From assembly GCA_965214935.1 (NCBI GenBank), contig CBDCCS010000022.1, positions 672,001 to 736,000 of the forward strand: DNA of 64,000 nt, written 5' to 3'. The translations under genes were made by a program, and so were the position numbers. Below, one piece after another: positions 1 through 10,225 of the stretch. The DNA comes from Candidatus Velthaea sp. (lineage in GTDB: Bacteria; Vulcanimicrobiota; Vulcanimicrobiia; Vulcanimicrobiales; Vulcanimicrobiaceae). The first letter of the stretch is position 1. Each line of letters opens with the position of its first letter. Under the pieces are notes generated by a model. The model searched no databases. It saw only the letters and a list, made by a program, of their open reading frames with translations, and was not told the origin of the DNA.

Positions 1-640
1 CATTGGTTCCGGCGGTCACGACGTAGCCCAACTTTTGTTCGGACTTCGGCAGCCGTCGGGCGGCAGCATGCGGCTCGAAAACGCATCGTATACGCCGCGC
101 AATCCCCGCGAAGCGATCCGCCGCGGTGTTTTCTTGCTGCCGGAAAATCCCGGTCGCGACGGGCTCGTCGGCCGGCTTTCGGTCGCTCAAAATGTTACAT
201 TGATCGACTTGCGCGCGATTACGCGTTGGGGTTTACTCGATCTCGGCCGCGAGCGCGCTGTTGCGCGCGATTACGTGCAACGGCTGCACGTCGCGACGTC
301 GAGCGTCGAGCGTGAAGTTCGCACGCTCAGCGGCGGAAACCAACAGAAGGTGCTGCTGGCCAAAGGTCTGCAAGGCCGCGCGCGGCTGCTGCTGCTCGAA
401 GAACCGACGCAGGGTGTCGACGTCAATGCAAAAGCGGAGATCCATACGATCGTCCGCGACTTTGCGGCCGCCGGCGCGAGCGTGATTGCGGTGTCGACAG
501 ATATCCGGGATCTGCTTTTATTCGCCGACCGCATTCTCGTTCTTCGCGGCGGGACGGTCGCGGGTGAATGCGTCTCCCATTCGTCCGACTATGCGTCGAT
601 TCTCAATCTGACCCTCGGCAGTCTCGAGTACGGCACGTAG
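1..640 (+). CDS. Sugar ABC transporter ATP-binding protein (RbsA/MglA type), C-terminal part, runs off the window start
   Basis: ABC signature LSGGNQQKV, Walker-B-like LLLLEEPTQGVDV; followed by permease and binding protein. Confidence 0.9.
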   Translation, partial: IGSGGHDVAQLLFGLRQPSGGSMRLENASYTPRNPREAIRRGVFLLPENPGRDGLVGRLSVAQNVTLIDLRAITRWGLLDLGRERAVARDYVQRLHVATSSVEREVRTLSGGNQQKVLLAKGLQGRARLLLLEEPTQGVDVNAKAEIHTIVRDFAAAGASVIAVSTDIRDLLLFADRILVLRGGTVAGECVSHSSDYASILNLTLGSLEYGT

Positions 641-648
641 GCGCGACG

Positions 649-1602
649 ATGCAGCGACAAGCACGTGCGCCACGATTCCCGATCCGGTTACCGGCACTCG
701 ACCTTGCAACGCTGACGCCGCTCATCGTGCTCGTCGTGGGCGCGATTGCAATATCATTATTTTCGCCGGCCTTTCTGACGGTCGGGAACATCGAGAACGT
801 CCTTACACAAATCGCCGTGATCGGAATCGTGACGATGGCGCAAACGATGCTGCTCGTCTCGGGCGGGCTCGACCTATCGGTCGGCAGCAACGTGGCGTTA
901 TCGGGCGTCGTGTGCGGACTGCTCTTTTCGCGCGGCGTGCCGCTCTGGATCGGCTGCGTCGCCGCGCTCGCTTGCGCAACGGCGATCGGCTTGATCAACG
1001 GACTGCTCGTCGCGCAGAATCGAGCGCACCCATTTATAATAACGCTCGGTATGCTCACGTTTCTCAACGGCGTCGCCGCGCAGATCACCGGTGGCAGTCC
1101 GATCAACGATATGGGGGCGCTCGCGACGACGCTCGGCGGAACGCTGTTCGGCATTCCAACGTCGATCTTTATTTTGCTCGGAACGGTAGCGTTCGCGTAC
1201 GTCTTTTTGCGAATGACGCCGCTGGGTCGGGCCGCATATGCGATCGGCGGTAACGAGGAGGCTAGCTTTCTCTCCGGTATCGCCGTCGCGCGCTCGAAGA
1301 TTGCGCTTTACACGCTAGTCGGCTTTATCGTCGGCATTGCAGCACTCGTGCAAAGCGGCATCCTCAATGCAGCCGAAGCTGATATCGGTAACGGTCTAGA
1401 GCTTCGCTCGATTGCCGCGGCGGTAATCGGCGGGACCGCGCTTTTTGGCGGTCAAGGCGGTGCCCTGCGTTCGCTGCAAGGCGTGCTGCTACTCGGACTC
1501 ATCGCGAATGGACTCAATCTCATCGGCGTAGGCGCGAATTACCAGCAGATCGCGCTGGGGCTCATCGTTGTCGTCGCCGTCATGGTTCAGCGCAACCGTT
1601 AA
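649..1602 (+). CDS. Sugar ABC transporter permease (RbsC family)
   Basis: Multi-TM; motifs GGLDLSVGS, PFIITLG, GRAAYAIGGNEEAS, IAAAVIGGT; ATG at 649. Confidence 0.92.
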   Translation: MQRQARAPRFPIRLPALDLATLTPLIVLVVGAIAISLFSPAFLTVGNIENVLTQIAVIGIVTMAQTMLLVSGGLDLSVGSNVALSGVVCGLLFSRGVPLWIGCVAALACATAIGLINGLLVAQNRAHPFIITLGMLTFLNGVAAQITGGSPINDMGALATTLGGTLFGIPTSIFILLGTVAFAYVFLRMTPLGRAAYAIGGNEEASFLSGIAVARSKIALYTLVGFIVGIAALVQSGILNAAEADIGNGLELRSIAAAVIGGTALFGGQGGALRSLQGVLLLGLIANGLNLIGVGANYQQIALGLIVVVAVMVQRNR

Positions 1603-1627
1603 CACTCGATTCATTAGGAGTAAGGCA

Positions 1628-2680
1628 ATGAATAAGGGGATGCTCGTCCGCAGAATTGCAGCTGCAACGTCGCTGCTCGTTCTCTTCGCGCTGGGGGCAC
1701 CTGCCGCGCGTGTAGACGGGGGTGCACCGCTCGCGCAAGCGCAGGAAAAGAAATTAACGATTGCGTTTCTACGGCCCGGACCGGACCCGTACTATCAAGA
1801 TGGAGAGAAAGGCGCGCAAGGCGTTGCACCATTGCTCGATGCCACGGTGCAAACGTACTACTCGAATGTAAGTCAAGCACAGGAGCTTGCAAACGTCGAG
1901 GATGCGATCTCGAAACACGTCGACGGTATTCTCATGTATGCCGTCTCGCTTTCGGCCGAATCCGCCGATATCGCGAAAGCGAACGCAGCGCACATTCCGA
2001 TCTTTCTGCTCTACGGTTACTCGAAGCCGCTCGTACCGAAAGTCGCCGGCTTCGAGCAAGTCGACCTCATGGCATACGGAAAAGTCGTCGGCGCCTGGCT
2101 CGGTAAGAAAGTTACGAGCGGGAAAGGCGCAATCATCACCGGCTTGCTCGGACGCGGGGATGCCGAACAGTACGCTCAAGGCTTCAAAGACGGCGTTGCC
2201 GCATCGGGATCGAAGCTCACGATCGTCGCTCAATTACCCGGTGATTGGAATCGGCAGAAAGCCTATAACGCGGCGCAGGATCTGATCACCGCGCATCCGG
2301 ATCTCAATGCAATGTTCGTGGAAAACGAAGACATGGCGATCGGTGCGATTCGCGCGCTCGACCGCTCCGGTAAGCTCTCCCAAGTGACCGTCGTTTCACA
2401 AAACGGCGCACCGTACGGGCTCGAAGCGATTCAAGGCGGAAAGATCGCGGCGTCCAACACGTGTTCGCCGGCGCTTGAAGCGGTCATGGGTATGCGCATT
2501 CTCGTCGGCGTTATCAAGAAGCAAACGACGCCGGGTCATCTCTATTATTCAATGACGAAATTCGTCACCAAAGCCAACACGGCGCAAGCCAATCCCTGGG
2601 TTCCGAACGATGCCGACGTCAAACGCTTCCTGGGCTTTCCGCTGCTGACACCGGTTGCGCCGAGCCGGTTGCCGACGTAG
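1628..2680 (+). CDS. Sugar ABC transporter periplasmic binding protein (RbsB family)
   Basis: Signal peptide, GDWNRQKA and ENEDMAIGA motifs; AGGAG RBS at 1616-1620. Confidence 0.88.
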   Translation: MNKGMLVRRIAAATSLLVLFALGAPAARVDGGAPLAQAQEKKLTIAFLRPGPDPYYQDGEKGAQGVAPLLDATVQTYYSNVSQAQELANVEDAISKHVDGILMYAVSLSAESADIAKANAAHIPIFLLYGYSKPLVPKVAGFEQVDLMAYGKVVGAWLGKKVTSGKGAIITGLLGRGDAEQYAQGFKDGVAASGSKLTIVAQLPGDWNRQKAYNAAQDLITAHPDLNAMFVENEDMAIGAIRALDRSGKLSQVTVVSQNGAPYGLEAIQGGKIAASNTCSPALEAVMGMRILVGVIKKQTTPGHLYYSMTKFVTKANTAQANPWVPNDADVKRFLGFPLLTPVAPSRLPT

Positions 2681-2767
2681 CCGGCAACTCCGGCCTGCGA
2701 CAGATGCGCGACAAACGGTCGCGCATCGTATGCGCATCTGTTATCTCCGTACATTACGCTTAAACAA

Positions 2768-3640
2768 TTACATCGCGCGTTCGTAGAGGTCCGATTCGGC
2801 GAACGCTGTTTTCAGAAACGTCAGACCGTCTTGCGCGAGCGCATTTTGGCTCGCGGCGAGCGGACGCCAAATCGAGACGGCTCGCGCTATTTCACGAATC
2901 TCCGGCGTAAACGACTCGATGACGACCGGTCCCGGATAGTGAATGTCGCGCAGCGCAGCGACGATCTGCGGCCAGGGCAAATGGTCGTGTCCCGGTGTGC
3001 CGCGATCGTTCGCACAGGCATGAAAATGGAACACTTTCCGGCCGGCGCGCCGCAGCGCATCAGGGATACTGGTCTCTTCGATATTCATGTGGAACGTGTC
3101 GAGCAGCAAGCCGACGTTTTCGCGATCGACACGCCCGAGAAAGATCATCGCTTGGTCAACCGTATTGAGGAAATCAGTCTCAAAGCGGTTGAGCGGCTCG
3201 ACGGCGAGCCGAACGCCGCGTGACGCAGCGTAATCGGCGACGATCCGGATGTTCTCGACGGCGAGCAGCGTTTGGCGCTCGCGCTCGTCGGCCGTCTGTA
3301 AGCGCGTCTTTCCCGTCGCCGCGTACATCGGTCCGATGACGGTCGGTGCTGCAAGATCGGCGGCGATGTCGACGCACCGTTTGATGTAAGCAATGCCGTT
3401 GTTACGCGTCGCCGCATCGTCGCAGCTAATGTCGCGATCCGGTCCGAACGCACCGCAGATCGATGCATGCATACCGGTTCGCTCGAGATGAGGACGTAGC
3501 TGTTCGACATCGATGCGGTCCGGATCTTCGACGCAAATCTCGATGATATCGAAGCCCAGCGCTTTGACCCGGTCGATAAGGTCGAGCGTCTGTTCGGAAA
3601 ACGGCGAAACCCAGATAAAGGTGCTTGCGCCATACTGCAT
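2768..3640 (-). CDS. D-tagatose/D-psicose 3-epimerase family sugar epimerase
   Basis: EPLNRFE, LLDTFHMNIEE, HFHACANDRG and VIESF motifs; start MQYGASTF with GGAG RBS. Confidence 0.9.
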   Translation of the reverse strand: MQYGASTFIWVSPFSEQTLDLIDRVKALGFDIIEICVEDPDRIDVEQLRPHLERTGMHASICGAFGPDRDISCDDAATRNNGIAYIKRCVDIAADLAAPTVIGPMYAATGKTRLQTADERERQTLLAVENIRIVADYAASRGVRLAVEPLNRFETDFLNTVDQAMIFLGRVDRENVGLLLDTFHMNIEETSIPDALRRAGRKVFHFHACANDRGTPGHDHLPWPQIVAALRDIHYPGPVVIESFTPEIREIARAVSIWRPLAASQNALAQDGLTFLKTAFAESDLYERAM

Positions 3641-4343
3641 AGTTAAACTCCAATACCAGAAGAGACGTAAGCGCGCGCCGAAAGCTGTTTTTCTGCGGGT
3701 CACCGCGCGAACTCTTTCGCTCCAAGGTCCAGCGCTCGACCTCACGCTGAAAAGTCGGTTCGCGCCTTGGCGGCATCGCACTCGAAATCATACCGCAATG
3801 ATCGACCTTCTCGGTTAAATTGCGCCGGAGACTCGGTGCGTGGAGACCGTCTCTGATCGCGTGCAGGCGACTGTTGGTCTTTGAGCGGGGCCGTCTAGAC
3901 GGTCTTGCCGTTCACCGTCGGGCGCAGTCTTACCATGTGTGCAAGATCGCCGGCTCGGCGGCGCTAAGCGGAGCGGGAAGCCTTGCACCGCGTGCTACCG
4001 TCGGGGGACGGTGAACGGCGAAACCCGGATGGCGCTCCTGGGCGATCGGCGCCGGAACGCGACTTCAATAAGCCGAGGGGTAGGCTCGGGCTGGCATTTT
4101 CTGTGTTCATCTTGGCGCGCTGAGCCGTGGTAAAACAGTCGTGCTAAACTGTTACGAAATATGAAGTGCCTAGCACAAAAACGCAAACTGTAACCGCGCC
4201 TTCCCGGCGGTAATTGAATCGCCGGAGACTTTATCGGCTCTATCCGATCGTTTGCTCGACGTTTATAAGCGCCGGCGCCTTTTGACCCTGTGACGAGTCG
4301 ACGCTGCGCAGCTGCGGCGCGACTTCTCTACATTGCGGGGCGC

Positions 4344-5312
4344 TCATTGCTGTGCCGCCGAGTCGCGGCCGTCGTTAACCGTTGCAACCGTGTCGACCAA
4401 CATGGTTATCCTCACGTGCTGCCCGGTTCGCCGTTGGACGAAGCGCTCCAAATCGCGAATTTGAGAGACGGTCACTGGCTTCTCGGCGCTAACCGTCAAG
4501 TGAACGTCCAACGGTTTTTGATACCAGTCGAATCGTGCGTCGGTGAGTCTCACGCGTTGGAACGTCAATGTATTGGTGGTCAGTTCGTGGCGAATTTCGG
4601 CTTCGATTCTCGCCTCGCGCACGATCTCTAAAGAACTCGCACCAAGTGGGAACAGCAGCATGGCCGTGATGGCAAACGTCGTCACCAGTGCCGTGCGGTT
4701 GTGCGAGCGAAACTCTTGCGCGACGATATACACGATCATACACGCAGCGGCGATGCCGAGGAAGTTCGTTATGAACAAGAGCAACGCGCCTTGTGCCGCG
4801 GACCATGCCAGATGGGCCGACGACAAGCCGACGACGCATAGGGGCGGCATTAACGCAACGGCGATTGCCGTTCCCGCGATCGTACTCGAAATCGCGGGCC
4901 GGACGCGCGCGATTCCCGCAACTGCGCCCGCGCTAACCGCGATCCCCAAATCGAGCAAGTTCGGGCGCGTACGAGCGACGACTTCCGAACCGTAGACCGG
5001 AGTTGCGGCAACGACGCCAAGCGCCGCCGATGTTCCGATTGCGATCACCGCACCTACGAGGGCCGTGAGCAACGAGCGGCGGATCATCGGTACGTTTCCG
5101 TCAAGCGCGGCAAAGGCAAAGGCTTGAATCGGACTCATCAGCGGTGCGATGATCATGGCTCCGATAATAACCGCAACGCTATTCTCAAGAAGTCCGAGCG
5201 TGGCGATGATACATGAGGCAACCGTAAGCAACAAATAATTGCGCGACAAATGTGATTCGTCGCGGGCGGCCCGGCGCAGCACGTCGCTGCGGCTCGCTCG
5301 TTTATCCAACAA
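4344..5312 (-). CDS. DUF389 family membrane protein
   Basis: IIGAMIIAPLM, RTRPNLLDL and GTAIAVALMPPL motifs. Confidence 0.88.
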   Translation of the reverse strand: MLDKRASRSDVLRRAARDESHLSRNYLLLTVASCIIATLGLLENSVAVIIGAMIIAPLMSPIQAFAFAALDGNVPMIRRSLLTALVGAVIAIGTSAALGVVAATPVYGSEVVARTRPNLLDLGIAVSAGAVAGIARVRPAISSTIAGTAIAVALMPPLCVVGLSSAHLAWSAAQGALLLFITNFLGIAAACMIVYIVAQEFRSHNRTALVTTFAITAMLLFPLGASSLEIVREARIEAEIRHELTTNTLTFQRVRLTDARFDWYQKPLDVHLTVSAEKPVTVSQIRDLERFVQRRTGQHVRITMLVDTVATVNDGRDSAAQQ

Positions 5313-5478
5313 TGCTCACTTAGCTAGGCATGAAAACATGCCTCGCTTCAGGCTGTGTGCAGCTACCGGAGGAAACCCCGTGCGGCGGCCCAAGTCCAAA
5401 CACCGGTGCGTTTACGATTGCTACGAGTGCTAACGGCTTTCGCTGCAGCCGGCATCACGACTAAAGGCTGGACTCGCG

Positions 5479-6651
5479 ATCGACCAACTGTACGCACAAT
5501 CCGAAATCGTCGTCGCCTTACTCGCTGCAGCGCTGGTGGTCGGCCGGATCGCGGCTTGGCTACGCATACCATACGCGGTCGCGCTGTTGGTAGCTTCGCT
5601 ACCGCTCAGTTTGTCAGCCGCGTCCGCGTTCGCCCCGTCCGTCCTGGCCATCTTTTTGCCGGCTTTGGTATTTGAGGCATCCTGGCAGCTCGATATGACC
5701 TTGATCCGGCGTTATTGGAAGCCGATTGCCTTTCTGGCGGTTCCCGGAGTTGCAATCACGGCGTTCGCGGTCGCCATTGGCCTCTGGTGCGCGCACGTCA
5801 TGCCGTTTCTCGAGGCGCTGCTGCTCGGCGCAATTGTGTCTGCCACCGATCCGATCGCGGTGAGCGCGGCATTCAAGGAACTCTCGGCTCCGGCGGAGCT
5901 CGCGATCATCGTTGAAGGCGAGTCGCTCTGCAACGATGGTATCGCAGCTGCGCTCTACAGTGCCATCGTTGCCATCATCGCAAACACCAGCGACAGTCTG
6001 GCGGTCATTTCGCTTCGGTCCGCCGCAGGCTCGATCGTCGGTGTTCTTCTCGGCCTAGTTGCCGCAACGCTGGTCGCATTCGGAATGCGGGGCGGCACGA
6101 GCACGTATTTACAAATTACGGCAACGATTGTCGCCACGTATGCGGTCTATTTGCTCGCCGACCGGTTTCATGCGTCGGGCATCTTCGCCGTGCTTGTCGT
6201 CGGCATTGCTCTGCGCGCGTATCGCGGTTTCCCCACAATCGAGGCAATCCAAGAAATAGACCGGTTCTGGGCGGTGCTCGCATTTCTCTCGAATTCACTT
6301 GTGTTCTTGCTCTTAGGTTTGCGCATAAACTTCGCGCGAATTCTCGACGAGCCGCTTTTAGTTGCATTGACGCTCGTGCTCGTTCTCGGATCGCGCTTTC
6401 TGCTCACCTACGTCGGGCTGCACATTCTGGGAATTAACGACCGCAATTGGAAGCGGATTGTCATGCTTGCCGGAATGCGTGGCGCGCTGTCCGTAGCGCT
6501 CGCCCTGGTGCTGCCGGTGACGATCCCTTTTCGAGCCGAAATCATCGATGTAGTCTTCGGCGTCGTTGCCGTAACACTCATCATTCAGGGTCTCGCCATC
6601 GGACCGGTCCTGCGCCGTTTGCTACCTGCTCAAGCCCTAACGTCATCGTAG
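5479..6651 (+). CDS. Na+/H+ antiporter, CPA1 (NhaP) family; start uncertain
   Basis: IFLPALVFE, SATDPIAV, GESLCNDG and GMRGALS motifs; first TM helix extends upstream of GTG 5536 in frame to about ATC 5479. Confidence 0.88.
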   Translation: MDQLYAQSEIVVALLAAALVVGRIAAWLRIPYAVALLVASLPLSLSAASAFAPSVLAIFLPALVFEASWQLDMTLIRRYWKPIAFLAVPGVAITAFAVAIGLWCAHVMPFLEALLLGAIVSATDPIAVSAAFKELSAPAELAIIVEGESLCNDGIAAALYSAIVAIIANTSDSLAVISLRSAAGSIVGVLLGLVAATLVAFGMRGGTSTYLQITATIVATYAVYLLADRFHASGIFAVLVVGIALRAYRGFPTIEAIQEIDRFWAVLAFLSNSLVFLLLGLRINFARILDEPLLVALTLVLVLGSRFLLTYVGLHILGINDRNWKRIVMLAGMRGALSVALALVLPVTIPFRAEIIDVVFGVVAVTLIIQGLAIGPVLRRLLPAQALTSS

Positions 6652-6878
6652 AGCGCAGGCCCTCGGTGGCAGCATGCGGCCAGAAGGCTGCACGACGCCC
6701 GCAGAAAAATGAACGCGCTTCACCGCGCACCCTCGGCTCGACTTTACGTTTCGTGCGCTCGAAGTGCGACCCTAAGGTTGATTCGGGCTTTCGCACTGTC
6801 TGGCTCAACGCCGGGCGTTTGCAAGCGCGTCTTCGCGCTTGCCGCGTGAATTCGTCCGATGACGTTCGGCGCCGCTAG

Positions 6879-7236
6879 GTCGGCGGCGATGGCGACAACC
6901 GTTTGAGGTACGCGCTACCATTGTCACGCGTCGCCGCCTTGGCGCAACGCTTCTCGCGCTCCGGTCCGAACGTCCGGCAAATCGAGGCGCGCATGACCGT
7001 CCGTTCGACTTGCGGGCAAATCTGCTCAGCATCAATGCGCTTCGGATCTTCGACGCTCATTCGAAGAATATCGATACCAGCGTGCTGACACGGTCGATAA
7101 GGCCGAGCATGTCCGGGATAATGGCGTCGCCATACATACTGCGTCGGCAAAACGAGAATTTGCAATGTAATGACGCGACGAGAGGGGACATCAACGTCGA
7201 TCTTGGCATTGCAAAGGTGCTTGCGCCATACCGCAT
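6879..7236 (-). pseudogene. Degenerate duplicate of the 5' part of the epimerase gene at 2768-3640
   Basis: MRYGASTF start, VEDPKRID and SICRTFGPER peptides; DNA matches such as aaaggtgcttgcgccatac; frameshifts and a ~100-bp insertion. Confidence 0.8.
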
Positions 7237-7433
7237 GTTAAACGCGTATCCCAAAGACTCAAGCGCATGGGTCACCGAGCAAACATCGCTGCGGTCAATC
7301 TCCAAGCATGCGCGCGTGCAACCGCATACAACCTCCCGAGCAGCGACGTAAACGCGGAAACTTGCCGAGTGCAGCGAATCCAATGTGACATAAACGCTCT
7401 TCGCACCGTCATCTTGCTAATTCGAGGCTGACC

Positions 7434-8066
7434 TTGAACCAGCCACAACCTGAGAGTATCACCCTCGCTGCCTTCCTTGCCTGGGAGCAGCAGCAGACCG
7501 AGCGCTATGAATGGATCGACGGCACCGTTGTTCGGTGTGCCGGAGGCAGCGACGAACATGCCGCGATCATCTGCAATCTGAACGCTGCGATTCATGCCGC
7601 TGCCGGCATCGGACCCTGCTTTGTCCGCGGATCGGACCGGAAACTCGTGCCGCGCGACGCGCAAGGCAACGATCTCGGCTCGTTCTACGCCGATCTGTTT
7701 GTATCGTGCGCGCCCGAAGACCGGCGCGGAAACGCAGCGCATCTACCGACCATCGTTTTTGAGGTCTTGTCATTGCACGTCGGGACGGAGTTTACAAGCA
7801 AAAAAGAAGCGTATCTTCGGTCGGCGCGCCTCTCGGACTACTACATCGTCGACTCGACGCGGCGATACGTCGCCCGGTATTCGTGGTCGTCAACCGGCGA
7901 CGATCGTGCCCGCTTGATGAGTGCGGAATACCGGCACGGACCCGTTCCGATTCCGGCGCTCGGCTGCTTAATCTCGTTCGATCAAATGTTTGCCGGAACG
8001 AACGTGCGGCCAATTATCTACCCGATCCGGAGCGACGATCGCGACGTTGAAGTGAGCCTCGACTAA
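7434..8066 (+). CDS. Uma2 family (PDDEXK) endonuclease-like protein
   Basis: RYEWIDG, H-x2-I, FYADLFV, PTIVFEVLS and KKEAY pattern. Confidence 0.85.
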   Translation: MNQPQPESITLAAFLAWEQQQTERYEWIDGTVVRCAGGSDEHAAIICNLNAAIHAAAGIGPCFVRGSDRKLVPRDAQGNDLGSFYADLFVSCAPEDRRGNAAHLPTIVFEVLSLHVGTEFTSKKEAYLRSARLSDYYIVDSTRRYVARYSWSSTGDDRARLMSAEYRHGPVPIPALGCLISFDQMFAGTNVRPIIYPIRSDDRDVEVSLD

Positions 8067-8120
8067 CGCACGACCTGCGGGCTGCTGCCAAAACGAACGG
8101 CATCAGCTTCGACGGCGCGC

Positions 8121-8486
8121 TTAGACATCGCTTTTACGGCATATCCGGCAGCGAACGTTAGCCGCACGCGCGCGTGGTATGAAGAGAAGCTCGGCTTACG
8201 ATTTACCGGGCCGTATGTCGAAGACGGCATTGAAAAGTATACCGAAGCTCAGATCGGCACCGGGTGCTTTGGCCTCATGGCGGCAGAGTGGACGCACCGG
8301 CCGCCCGGCTCCGCAGCGAGTGTCTTTTTTCGTGTCGATGACCTCGACGAAATGATTGCGTCGCCGCAAGCGAAAGGCGTGACGATCGACGAACGCTTCG
8401 ACGGCCCGATTTGCAAACAGGCATCGTTCAGCGACCCCGAGGGCAACCGCGTAACGCATCATGAGTCGACCGCGCAACCGTCGTAA
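8121..8486 (+). CDS. VOC/glyoxalase family protein lacking a canonical start codon (possibly a pseudogene)
   Basis: In-frame LDIAFTAYPAANVSRTRAWYEEKLGL ... FRVDDLDE ... FSDPEGN; no ATG/GTG/TTG between the Uma2 stop and 8277. Confidence 0.7.
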   Translation, partial: LDIAFTAYPAANVSRTRAWYEEKLGLRFTGPYVEDGIEKYTEAQIGTGCFGLMAAEWTHRPPGSAASVFFRVDDLDEMIASPQAKGVTIDERFDGPICKQASFSDPEGNRVTHHESTAQPS

Positions 8487-8497
8487 CGGAACTGCTC

Positions 8498-10135
8498 CTA
8501 TTCGTCTGCACGATCGTCGGTCGCGATGCGATTTCGACCCGCGCGCTTTGCAAGATACAAGCGACGATCCGCAGCCGCCAACGTATTTGCGGAACCTTCG
8601 CTCGATGAAGCCGAACAGCCGACGCTTACCGACACGCTTAGGCGTTCCGCTACGCTCGTCCAAGCGAACGATTCGACCTCCGCTCGTACGCGCTCGGCGA
8701 GAACCGCCGCACTTCGTTCTTCATCATGTTGAACGAGAATGGCAAACTCGTCGCCGCCATAGCGAACCGGCACGTCCGAACTTCGGCAACACCGACGGAT
8801 GATCAGCGCGAGCGTCTGTAGCACCGCGTCACCGACGACATGCGACCATCCGTCATTGATGGCTTTGAAGTGATCGACGTCGATCATGACGATACCGAAT
8901 CCGGACGGATCGCGTTCGTTGAGCTCGTCCATCAGTCGTCGGTTCGCAAGGCCGGTGAGCGGGTCGGAATGACTGAGTCGCAGGAGGTCATCCGCGCGGC
9001 GATTCAACTGTTCGTTGGAGATCTGCAGACCTGCGGCGATGGCGCGATGTTCCGCCAGACTCACGAGCGTTTCGCGCGTCTCGAGCTGCACGGCGGCGAC
9101 GCTCGCACTGCGCTGCGCCGCTTCCGAGGCGACGCGCTTGTAGAGTGCATGCAGCGCTTTATGATGGGCGAGCGCCGCTACGAGATCGCCGTTACGTTCG
9201 CAAGCGTCGGCAAGGTGTTCGCAGGCGGCGAGTGCGAGAATCGATCCGGTCGCAACGTGCAGCGCGCGACCGAAAAGCTCGACGGCTTCCGCCGTTCGTC
9301 CGAGCGCCATGCAAATGGTTCCTTCGGTATCAAGACGGTGCGACGCGAGCGTATCGGAGTCCGTCGACGCAGGGGGCCAGTATTGCATGAGCGCCAGCGC
9401 TTCATGCGGCCGGCCGCTTTGCACGAGTCCTTCGGCCGCATTCGCCAAAGCGGTTGCTTCGTAAAAGCGGTGACCGCCCGATCGCGCAAGCAATATGGCT
9501 TTACGTGAATTCTCGATCGACCGCTCGACGAGGCCGGCGGCTCGCTCGTGGTCGCCCGCTGCCGACGCTTGATAGGCCAGCGTGCCGTACGCGCAACCCA
9601 TGCAGTCTAAAAATACGCCTTCGAAGATAACGTCGCCCAAGAGCCGTGCACTCTCCGCGCCGCGCTCGCAAAATGAGATCGCCTTATCATAGTGTTCGAG
9701 GCTGACAAAAACATACGCCAGAGCCCGCAAGCACTCCACGAGGACCGGTAGCTGCGCGTCCGGTTCGCCGATTTGTTGCGCTTGCTCCATGGCGCCCAGC
9801 GCCACCGCTAACGCTTCGGATGTGTTGCCGACGGCGAGAAAAAGGCGTGCAACCTGACTTCGCAGGCCGACCTCGGCCGCTACATCCCCGAGCTCGCGAG
9901 CGGCGGCGATCGCTTCTTTTGCGCAGCGAACGGCGTCGTCATAACGCGATTCAAATTGATGTAACGTGACGCTGAGCGCAAGAATGCGTGCACGCTCGGC
10001 CTGATGAGTTCCGGCAAAAATCATCGCCAGCGAAAGGACTTGTCCGACGGCTTCGGTTTCGCCGCGCCGAAGCAGCAGCGCCGCGCGTTCGATAAGCGGT
10101 GCAGCTCGCTCGACTGCGGAGGTCTGCTCGGTCAT
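8498..10135 (-). CDS. TPR-repeat diguanylate cyclase (GGDEF)
   Basis: DPLTGLANRR, IDVDHFKAIND, RxxD I-site and RYGGDEF; helical-repeat N-terminus. Confidence 0.9.
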   Translation of the reverse strand: MTEQTSAVERAAPLIERAALLLRRGETEAVGQVLSLAMIFAGTHQAERARILALSVTLHQFESRYDDAVRCAKEAIAAARELGDVAAEVGLRSQVARLFLAVGNTSEALAVALGAMEQAQQIGEPDAQLPVLVECLRALAYVFVSLEHYDKAISFCERGAESARLLGDVIFEGVFLDCMGCAYGTLAYQASAAGDHERAAGLVERSIENSRKAILLARSGGHRFYEATALANAAEGLVQSGRPHEALALMQYWPPASTDSDTLASHRLDTEGTICMALGRTAEAVELFGRALHVATGSILALAACEHLADACERNGDLVAALAHHKALHALYKRVASEAAQRSASVAAVQLETRETLVSLAEHRAIAAGLQISNEQLNRRADDLLRLSHSDPLTGLANRRLMDELNERDPSGFGIVMIDVDHFKAINDGWSHVVGDAVLQTLALIIRRCCRSSDVPVRYGGDEFAILVQHDEERSAAVLAERVRAEVESFAWTSVAERLSVSVSVGCSASSSEGSANTLAAADRRLYLAKRAGRNRIATDDRADE

Positions 10136-10225
10136 CGCACCCGCCGCAGGCCGATCGAGCCGCCTGACGACGGTCGCACACTTGCATTATCGTCACGGGC
10201 AAGCGGCGGGATAACGTGCAGCTCG

